Source: Lactobacillaceae bacterium (lineage in GTDB: Bacteria; Bacillota; Bacilli; Lactobacillales; Lactobacillaceae). Taken from it: a stretch of DNA of 37,669 nt. Shown here in pieces: positions 30,371-37,669 of this stretch. The stretch lies in assembly GCA_031261865.1 (NCBI GenBank), contig JAISIV010000019.1, forward strand, positions 1-37,669, in the 5' to 3' direction. The position numbers and the translations under genes were made by a program. Numbering within the stretch: the first letter of the stretch is position 1; each line of letters starts with the position of its first letter. The notes under the pieces were generated by a model. The model made no database searches, was not told the DNA's origin, and saw only the letters and a list, made by a program, of their open reading frames with translations.

Positions 30371-31848
30371 TGGCATTTGAAAACCTTTCATCGCGCATTG
30401 AAAGCGCATTAAAAAATCTATCCGGTAAAGGAAAAGTCGGCGAAAATGATTTAGATGTCACGCTTCGCGAAATTCGATTAGCTTTACTTGAAGCCGACGT
30501 TAATTTAAAAGTTGCTAGAAGTTTTGTTAACGACGTTAGAACTAAAGCACTTGGCGCAAAAGTTCTTAATGGTTTGAATCCTTCCGAACAAGTAATCAAA
30601 ATCGTCAATGACGAATTAACGGAATTGATGGGTGAAGTTGCCGTACCTTTGAATAAGTCAGCAAAGATTCCTACAGTCATTCTTATGGCTGGGTTGCAAG
30701 GTGCTGGTAAAACAACAACTGTCGCTAAACTCGCCAACAAATTTAAAAAAGAAGAGAACGCCCGTCCACTTTTGATTGCAGCCGATGTTTATCGTCCTGC
30801 AGCTATTGAACAACTTCAAACTTTAGGTAATCAATTAGATATCCCTGTTTTTGAAGAAGGTACAAATGTTGATCCTCGTCAAATTGTCAAAGACGGATTG
30901 GCTCAAGCTAAAAAGAATAATAACGATTACGTTTTCATTGATACGGCCGGTCGCTTACAAATCGATGAAGATTTAATGAAAGAGTTAAAAGACATCCAAG
31001 ACATCTCAAAACCTGACGAAGTTTTGTTGGTGGTGGATGCTATGACCGGTCAAAATGCTACTGAGACGGCCGAAGGATTTAATAATGCACTAGATGTCAC
31101 TGGTATTGTCCTCACTAAATTGGATGGAGATACTCGTGGTGGAGCTGCGCTATCAATTCGTGCTGTAACTGGAAAACCAATCAAGTTTGTCGGTGAAGGT
31201 GAAAAAGTCGACAACTTAGATGTCTTTTATCCAGAACGTATGGCTTCAAGAATCCTTGGAATGGGTGATGTGCTTACTCTTATTGAAAAAGCACAAACCG
31301 ATTTTGATGAAAAACAAGCTGCTGACCAACTAGAAAAGTTGCGTTTAAATACTTTTGATTTTAATGATTTCCTTGATCAATTAAAACAAGTACAAAATAT
31401 GGGTCCATTAGAAGACATGTTGAAGATGCTTCCAGGTATGGCTAACAACCCCGCTTTAGCGAACATGTCAATCGATCCTAAGGATTTCTCTCATATGGAA
31501 GCCATCGTTCAATCGATGACTAATAAAGAACGCCAAGATCCTGAGTTGTTAGTGCCCGCCCGTCGTCGTCGAATTGCGGCTGGATCGGGACGCCCAGTAA
31601 TTGAAGTCAACAAATTGATTAAGCAATTTGTTCAAATGCGCGACATGATGCACAGATTTACCAATGGAAAAGGTTTGCCAAGCGGTATGGAGTCGATGTT
31701 TGGCGATGTGGATACTAATGAAATGTCTAACATGATGGGCCAAATGGGAATGCCCTCGATGGGTGGCGGAATTGGTGGAAAGATTGCTGACGCGGCTATG
31801 AAACGTGCGTTCAAGAAAATCCAAAAAAAGAAAAAGAAACGTAAATAA
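30370..31848 (+). CDS. ffh: Signal recognition particle protein Ffh
   Basis: ALLEADV, GLQGAGKTT, DTAGR, TKLDGDTRGG, Met-rich M domain, RRRRIAAGSG. Confidence 0.98.
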   Translation: MAFENLSSRIESALKNLSGKGKVGENDLDVTLREIRLALLEADVNLKVARSFVNDVRTKALGAKVLNGLNPSEQVIKIVNDELTELMGEVAVPLNKSAKIPTVILMAGLQGAGKTTTVAKLANKFKKEENARPLLIAADVYRPAAIEQLQTLGNQLDIPVFEEGTNVDPRQIVKDGLAQAKKNNNDYVFIDTAGRLQIDEDLMKELKDIQDISKPDEVLLVVDAMTGQNATETAEGFNNALDVTGIVLTKLDGDTRGGAALSIRAVTGKPIKFVGEGEKVDNLDVFYPERMASRILGMGDVLTLIEKAQTDFDEKQAADQLEKLRLNTFDFNDFLDQLKQVQNMGPLEDMLKMLPGMANNPALANMSIDPKDFSHMEAIVQSMTNKERQDPELLVPARRRRIAAGSGRPVIEVNKLIKQFVQMRDMMHRFTNGKGLPSGMESMFGDVDTNEMSNMMGQMGMPSMGGGIGGKIADAAMKRAFKKIQKKKKKRK

Positions 31849-31856
31849 CGTTTGAT

Positions 31857-31884
31857 GACGACCTGCTGTGCGGGTTGTTTTTTT
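31857..31884 (+). terminator. Intrinsic terminator after ffh
   Basis: GACGACCTGC-TGT-GCGGGTTGTT plus T-tract. Confidence 0.75.
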
Positions 31885-32000
31885 AATTTAGCTAGTACAG
31901 GATTTTTTGCAGAATTCGAAAGTAATCCTATTCTAAATAGTATTGGATGTTGAATGGACTCATTTTCTCATTTGCACAAAACGAACATATAATAAAAGGC

Positions 32001-34382
32001 GTGAATAATAAAATTTATGAAATTCTTGAATTCGATCGTATTCGAGAGTCAATCAACAAATATACTTCCACTTCTCGTGGAAAAGAAATAATAAACCAAT
32101 TAGAAGCTGAAACTGACAAACAAAAAGTTGAGCGTCTTCTAAAACAGACAGAAGAATTAGTAACTGTTAATCGCCAAACTGTAGGACTACCAATTCAAAG
32201 AATCGATGATTTATTTGATATTTTTAAACGTCTCGAATTAAAGGCTGTTTTAAGTTCAACAGAACTCTCAAGACTTAAGCCGAATCTTGTAAGTGTCACA
32301 AAAATCTTAGATTTCATCTCCACTCTACGCGATACTGATTTTTACAACGAACTAACCGAATTAACAAATTTCACTAATCGTCTTATTGATTTTCCCGACC
32401 TTCAAACTGAAATTTCTAAAGCAGTAGATGATAATGGAACGGTTTTAGATTCCGCTAGTTCTGACTTAACTAAAATTCGTCGACAAATTACTTTTACCCG
32501 TGATGAAATCAGAAACACCTTGAATGAAATGACCCGTAATTCGATGAGTAAGTTTTTGTCTGAACCAACCGTCTCCATTCGCGATGATGTTTATGTTCTT
32601 CCTGTAAAGGCTGAATATCGCTCAAAATTCGGTGGTGTAGTTCACGATCAATCCCAGACTGGACAAACTCTCTATATTGAACCAGCCAAAGTGACTGGTT
32701 TAAATGATAATCTCCATGAACTCGGTCTTCAGGAAAAATTTGAAATTAACCGAGTTTTGCAAATGATTTCCAATCAACTGTTCGACCATGTTGATGAATT
32801 GAAAAACAACAATGAGTTAATTGCGATTATTGATTCGGTCAATGCCAAGTCTAAATTTGCCCTCGAATTGAATGCAGTCAAACCTATTGTTAATTCTCAA
32901 AAAGAAGTTAATTTAATAAGTGCAAGACATCCATTAATCGATAAAGACCGAGCGGTAACTAATTCCGTTGAAATTGGAAAAGAATACACTTCTCTAATCG
33001 TTACTGGTCCTAACACTGGCGGTAAAACGGTCTTGATGAAAACTGTCGGTTTACTTGAATTGATGGCTCAAAGTGGACTTTATATTACGGCTGAAAAGGG
33101 AACTTCGATTTATTCATTTGATGAAATTCTAGCTGACATCGGAGACGAACAAAGCCTAGAACAAAGCCTTTCTACTTTCAGCTCTCACATGGTAAACATC
33201 AAACATATTTTGAATATGATGTCTAATGATTCGTTGGTTCTTTTAGATGAATTAGGCGCTGGAACTGATCCCGGCGAAGGAGCCGCACTTGCCATGGCGA
33301 TTACTGACCGCATTGCAAAGTCAGGAGCTTTAAGCATTGTCACTACACACTATCCCGAACTAAAAGTATTCGCCGACCAAAATGATTTTGCTATGAATTC
33401 TTCAATGGAATTTGACTCTGAAACTTTACGGCCGACATATCGCTTGCTGGTTGGAATTCCAGGTCAATCAAATGCATTAGCTATTTCCAAACGAATTGGT
33501 CTAGATGACCAATTATTAGATGACGCAAGAAAGTACGTCGATCCCGAGAGTCAGAAGTTAAATGATCTAATCGTTAATATTGTCGACAAACAACAACAAG
33601 TAGCACGTGCTCAAAACGAATTAGATTTATTAACTAAACAAGTTGCAGCTGACAAACAACAACTAGAAACTGAATCGGAAAAATTAGACCAACAAAAAGC
33701 AAAAATCGTTTTCGACGCAAAAAATGAAGCCAACCACATTATCGCCCAAGCAAAAAAAGACGCTGAAAAAGTACTCAGTGAAATTAGAAAAGAGCGACTA
33801 AAAGCTGGTTCCCAAACTGGTAAAAACGAGCAAGAATTAAAGGCAACTATCAATCAATTAGATAATGATCGTCAAGATGTTACTTTGGAAAAAAATAAAG
33901 TCCTTCAAAAAGCTAAATCGAAAAAAGAGTTCCATGTTGGAGAAGATGTTTTAGTTACGGAGTACAACCAAACTGGAGTTTTAACTCGTAAGTTAACTGA
34001 TAGGCAATGGGAAGTAAAACTTGGAATCCTAAAGATGAAAGTCGATGAGGATGATATTCAAAAAATTCAAGTTGCTAAAACAACCAGGCCAAAAGTTCAA
34101 CAGAAAAGTGTCAAGGTAACTAAGACTTCTTCTAATTCAATTAGGGGAAGTCTTGATTTACGCGGTTGGCGTTATGAAGATGCTTTGAATGAGTTAGACC
34201 GTTACCTAGATAAAGCAGTTTTAAATAATCTAGGGACAGTAGAAATTATTCACGGAAAAGGAAGCGGCGCTCTTCGTTCAGGTGTTACTCAAGCCTTACG
34301 TTCTGACAGACGAGTTTCTCATTTCGAATTCGCTAATCCTAATGGTGCTGGAGATGGAGCCACGATTGTTGAATTAGCGTAA
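32001..34382 (+). CDS. mutS2: Endonuclease MutS2
   Basis: ILEFDRI at N-terminus (GTG 32001), TGPNTGGKT, DIGDEQS, STFSSHM, DELGAGTDP, Smr domain LDLRG..IIHGKGSG. Confidence 0.96.
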   Translation: MNNKIYEILEFDRIRESINKYTSTSRGKEIINQLEAETDKQKVERLLKQTEELVTVNRQTVGLPIQRIDDLFDIFKRLELKAVLSSTELSRLKPNLVSVTKILDFISTLRDTDFYNELTELTNFTNRLIDFPDLQTEISKAVDDNGTVLDSASSDLTKIRRQITFTRDEIRNTLNEMTRNSMSKFLSEPTVSIRDDVYVLPVKAEYRSKFGGVVHDQSQTGQTLYIEPAKVTGLNDNLHELGLQEKFEINRVLQMISNQLFDHVDELKNNNELIAIIDSVNAKSKFALELNAVKPIVNSQKEVNLISARHPLIDKDRAVTNSVEIGKEYTSLIVTGPNTGGKTVLMKTVGLLELMAQSGLYITAEKGTSIYSFDEILADIGDEQSLEQSLSTFSSHMVNIKHILNMMSNDSLVLLDELGAGTDPGEGAALAMAITDRIAKSGALSIVTTHYPELKVFADQNDFAMNSSMEFDSETLRPTYRLLVGIPGQSNALAISKRIGLDDQLLDDARKYVDPESQKLNDLIVNIVDKQQQVARAQNELDLLTKQVAADKQQLETESEKLDQQKAKIVFDAKNEANHIIAQAKKDAEKVLSEIRKERLKAGSQTGKNEQELKATINQLDNDRQDVTLEKNKVLQKAKSKKEFHVGEDVLVTEYNQTGVLTRKLTDRQWEVKLGILKMKVDEDDIQKIQVAKTTRPKVQQKSVKVTKTSSNSIRGSLDLRGWRYEDALNELDRYLDKAVLNNLGTVEIIHGKGSGALRSGVTQALRSDRRVSHFEFANPNGAGDGATIVELA

Positions 34383-34412
34383 AAAAAATCTGCCAAGCGG
34401 CAGATTTTTTTT
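34381..34412. terminator. Bidirectional terminator
   Basis: A8-TCTGCC-AAGC-GGCAGA-T8 between convergent genes. Confidence 0.88.
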
Positions 34413-34851
34413 AGCCTTTAGGAAGGCGAGCGTCGAACAGAGTTCTTAAGGCTGCTTTGTCGTTGTCGTCAATTCGAGTATGAATTTTGAATGGTCCTGA
34501 TAATTCAGTAGCGCCAGTTTTTTTCATTTGTTCATCAAAGCGATCTGTGGCAGCTCCGAAATCTTTTCCGTAGAATCGATCTCCTGAACCGATAACAACA
34601 TATTGTTTACCAGTCCAATCTTTATCATTCAATGATTCAAAGAAATCAATCATTTCGCTTGGAATAGAGCCTTTATCGTAAGTATAGGGAGATACGATAA
34701 TCAAATCTTTATCGTCGGCAGCATCTTCGTCTCCGTCGAATAAATCTTCAATTTCAGTTTCTACTCCACGATTATTTAATTCTTCTTGCACAAACTCGGC
34801 AATTTCTTCGTTATTACCGGTGATTGAGGCATACATTACTATAGCTTTCAT
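34411..34851 (-). CDS. Flavodoxin (short chain)
   Basis: YASITGNNE, YTYDKG, GSGDRFYG. Confidence 0.9.
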   Translation of the reverse strand: MKAIVMYASITGNNEEIAEFVQEELNNRGVETEIEDLFDGDEDAADDKDLIIVSPYTYDKGSIPSEMIDFFESLNDKDWTGKQYVVIGSGDRFYGKDFGAATDRFDEQMKKTGATELSGPFKIHTRIDDNDKAALRTLFDARLPKG

Positions 34852-34912
34852 AGAGAATATTTTACTATTAAAAATTTGAATTTTGTCGCCACCGAATTTA
34901 TACTATTAACTA

Positions 34913-35094
34913 AGAGACTAAAAGCCAGAACCGACGACTAAAGAGAACCGCGAAAGGTGAGAAGCGGTGTCGACAAATCTGAAACTTACTACCTCTAATA
35001 TATTTCGCATGATAATTAAAAGGCAGCTTGGCTGTGAAATTGGGTGGTACCGCGTTTTTTATAAGACGGCCCTGGAGACAAGAATTATCATTGC
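34913..35094 (+). promoter_or_regulatory. T-box leader of thrS
   Basis: Stem I (34913-34996) with AGAGA and GGTGAGA motifs; Thr codons ACT/ACC in the specifier region; T-box AATTGGGTGGTACCGCG at 35038-35054; promoter TTGAAT-17-TATACT at 34876-34904. Confidence 0.9.
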
Positions 35095-35103
35095 TGTAAA
35101 AAT

Positions 35104-37059
35104 ATGTCTGAATTTACTTTAATCATGCCTGATGGTGCTGAGAAGGTTGTAGATGACACAACTACTCCACTTGAGATTGCTAAATCTATCAGTCCATCTT
35201 TGGCGAAAAAATCAGTTTCTGGAAAAATTGGTGATCGTTACGTTGGTATGAACGAGCCAATCCGTTTTGGTGGTGAATTTAAATTAATCACTAAAGATGA
35301 AGATGAAGCTCTTGATTTACTCCGCCACTCTACAGCTCACTTGTTGGCTCAAGCTTTGCGCCATTTGCATCCTCAAATCCATTTGGGTGTTGGTCCATTT
35401 ATTGCTGAAGGGTTCTATTATGACACCGACGATTCCGCTGAATCCGACAAACAAGTTTCAACTGATGAATTCCCAGCAATTGAAGCTGAAATGAAAAAAA
35501 TCGTTGAAGCAGATTACCCAATTATTAATCGTCCTGTGAGCCGTCAAGAAGCGTTGGATATTTTCAAAGATGATCCATACAAGACTGAATTAATAAATGA
35601 TCTTCCAGAAGATGAAGAGATCACTATTGCCGAACAAGGTGATTACATTGATCTAGACCGTGGAGGATTAGTTCCTTCAACTGGTTGGATTAAGCATTTC
35701 GCTTTGACTTCAGTTGCCGGTGCCTACTGGCGTGGAAAATCCGATAACCCTATGATGCAACGTATTTATGGTGCCTCTGAATGGACTGCAGAACGAGTTG
35801 AAGAACAAGTTAAAGCTATCGAAGAACGCCGTGAACGCGACCACCGTACGATTGGCCGTGATATGGATTTGTTCTTTACTAGTCAAGAAGTCGGTGCCGG
35901 ATTACCAGTTTGGTTGCCAAATGGAGCAACTATCCGTCGTACAGTTGAACGTTATGTTGTCGACAAAGAATTGTCTCGTGGATACCAACATGTTTATACT
36001 CCAGTAATCTCAAACTTGAATCTTTATAAGACTTCAGGACACTGGGATCACTACCGTGACGACATGTTCCCACCAATGGACATGGGTGATGGCGAAATGC
36101 TTGAATTACGTCCAATGAATTGCCCAAGTCATATCATGGTTTATAAGCACAAGCCACGTTCGTATCGTGAATTACCATTGCGTATCGCTGAACTTGGAAT
36201 GATGCACCGTTACGAAAAATCAGGTGCTTTGACTGGATTGTCTCGCGTCCGCGAAATGACATTAAACGATGGTCACACTTTCGTTGCTCAAGACCAAATC
36301 GAAGATGAATTCAAGAAGATTCTCCAATTAATTATGGATGTCTACGAAGATTTCAACATCAAAGACTACCGTTTCCGTCTAAGTTATCGTGATCCTCAAA
36401 ACACTGAAAAGTATTTTGACAATGATGAAATGTGGGAGACTTCTCAAGCTCAATTAAAGCGCGCCATGGATGACATGGGACTTGAATACTTCGAAGCCGA
36501 AGGTGAAGCTGCATTCTACGGTCCCAAGCTCGATATTCAAACTAAGACCGCGCTTGGTGGTGAAGAAACTATGTCCACTATCCAACTAGATTTTTTGCTT
36601 CCCGAAAAGTTCGAACTTGAATATGTTGGCTCTGATGGACAAATGCACCGTCCTGTTATGCTTCATCGTGGAATCGTTGGAACTATGGAACGTTTCACTG
36701 CGTACTTAACCGAAATGTACAAGGGTGCCTTCCCAACTTGGTTAGCTCCTCAACAAGTTAAAGTGATCCCCGTTTCTCAAGAAACTCATGCTGCATATGC
36801 ACAAGAGGTTGCTTCTAAGTTGATTGCAAAACAATACCGTGCAACTACTGAAATGCGTTCTGAAAAGATGGGTTATTTGATTCGTGATGCTCAAACCAAA
36901 AAGATTCCATATACACTTGTTATTGGAGATAAGGAAGTTGCTGATAATACAGTTACTGTCCGTAAGTTCGGCGAAGAAAATACTCAAACAATGACTTTTG
37001 AAGAATTTGAAAACATGCTTGCAAGTGATGTTGCGCATTATTCAAGAGTTGAAGCTTAA
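35104..37059 (+). CDS. thrS: Threonine--tRNA ligase
   Basis: [44 protein letters not shown]. Confidence 0.98.
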   Translation: MSEFTLIMPDGAEKVVDDTTTPLEIAKSISPSLAKKSVSGKIGDRYVGMNEPIRFGGEFKLITKDEDEALDLLRHSTAHLLAQALRHLHPQIHLGVGPFIAEGFYYDTDDSAESDKQVSTDEFPAIEAEMKKIVEADYPIINRPVSRQEALDIFKDDPYKTELINDLPEDEEITIAEQGDYIDLDRGGLVPSTGWIKHFALTSVAGAYWRGKSDNPMMQRIYGASEWTAERVEEQVKAIEERRERDHRTIGRDMDLFFTSQEVGAGLPVWLPNGATIRRTVERYVVDKELSRGYQHVYTPVISNLNLYKTSGHWDHYRDDMFPPMDMGDGEMLELRPMNCPSHIMVYKHKPRSYRELPLRIAELGMMHRYEKSGALTGLSRVREMTLNDGHTFVAQDQIEDEFKKILQLIMDVYEDFNIKDYRFRLSYRDPQNTEKYFDNDEMWETSQAQLKRAMDDMGLEYFEAEGEAAFYGPKLDIQTKTALGGEETMSTIQLDFLLPEKFELEYVGSDGQMHRPVMLHRGIVGTMERFTAYLTEMYKGAFPTWLAPQQVKVIPVSQETHAAYAQEVASKLIAKQYRATTEMRSEKMGYLIRDAQTKKIPYTLVIGDKEVADNTVTVRKFGEENTQTMTFEEFENMLASDVAHYSRVEA

Positions 37060-37068
37060 AAAAGTTTT

Positions 37069-37101
37069 AAATGCCTTCGTTGAAAAATGAGGGTATTTTT
37101 T
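37069..37101 (+). terminator. Intrinsic terminator after thrS
   Basis: AAATGCCTTC / GAGGGTATTT plus T-tract. Confidence 0.7.
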
Positions 37102-37240
37102 GTGACAATTTTTATGTGCTTTTATGACTAAAATTCAAAAAGTGTTTAGAAAATATAGTATTTCACAATCGTAATATTCTAGTTAACTACATGCAAATAT
37201 CTTCACTTTGTTGAGATATAAACATAGTTGAATTACTTTT

Positions 37241-37669
37241 ATGCGAGTTTTTAAATCATTATCAGCATCTATAGGCTTGATTTTATTATTTGTATCACCG
37301 ACAACTCTCAATGCCGTTTCAATCTCGAATGCTAGTTCAACTAAGAGTATTACATGTTCAAATGAAGAGAAGAAAATTGTCACTAAACCCAAAACAAACG
37401 CAGTTGAATCTGGTTTTATGAGTCAGGGAGTGGTTTATGCTAATGATTATAAGTGGACCTATTATTGTGGTGCTGCTAGTTATATTGCGAATCATGGTGC
37501 TGGTTTCGGTGAGTTTGGTTTAACTGATGATGGCTATATTGCTTTAGCAGCAGCGCCCTCGATGCGTAACACTTTAGTTGAAACGCCATGGGGAACTGGT
37601 AAAGTGGTTGACACCGGAACTAGCTCTGAGATCCAAAATGGAACCAAGATTGATGTTTTTGTGTTCTAT
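37241..37669 (+). CDS. Secreted protein with 3D-domain-like (MltA/double-psi barrel) C-terminus; runs off the window end
   Basis: Stop-free frame MRVFKSLSASIGLILLFVSPTTLNA (signal peptide)...VETPWGTGKVVDTG....GTKIDVFVFY. Confidence 0.65.
   Translation, partial: MRVFKSLSASIGLILLFVSPTTLNAVSISNASSTKSITCSNEEKKIVTKPKTNAVESGFMSQGVVYANDYKWTYYCGAASYIANHGAGFGEFGLTDDGYIALAAAPSMRNTLVETPWGTGKVVDTGTSSEIQNGTKIDVFVFY

Noticed and set aside
31885-31946. Weak inverted repeat AGGATT...AATCCT between ffh and mutS2 as an ncRNA
   Set aside because: Pairing is too short and AT-rich to distinguish from chance.
31947-32000. MutS2 N-terminal extension and LexA box (CGAAC at 31982)
   Set aside because: The MutS2-like N-terminus starts at GTG 32001, and only a half SOS site is present (no GTTC).
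37183-37392. 69-aa minus-strand ORF
   Set aside because: Antisense to the better-supported signal-peptide ORF starting at 37241.

Overview
AT-rich chromosomal window from a lactic acid bacterium (Lactobacillales). The stand-alone pgk, ptsH without ptsI and shuffled core operons suggest a Leuconostoc/Weissella/Oenococcus-like lineage, which is inference. Most of it is housekeeping: fakA-(Ser-rich surface protein)-recG-plsX-acpP, a YhhQ/VUT transporter plus SDR, pgk, a His-phosphatase, glpF, an APC permease, ndh2 plus polyprenyl synthase, ecfA-ecfA'-ecfT-truA, clpE (CtsR boxes), ptsH (cre site), PTS IIA plus GH1, rnc-smc-ftsY-ylxM-ffh, mutS2, flavodoxin, T-box-thrS and a truncated secreted 3D-domain-like protein. 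No transposase, prophage, CRISPR, rRNA or tRNA was seen. The most unusual signals are: (i) two diverged, covarying copies of a GNA-triloop/tandem-GA hairpin element (7889-7988 and 9647-9764), the first nested in a ~200-nt structured spacer; (ii) a queuosine-precursor transporter translationally coupled to an SDR; (iii) a thrS T-box with no visible terminator and no well-placed SD; (iv) a reduced ndh2-dmkB remnant of the flavin-based EET locus.
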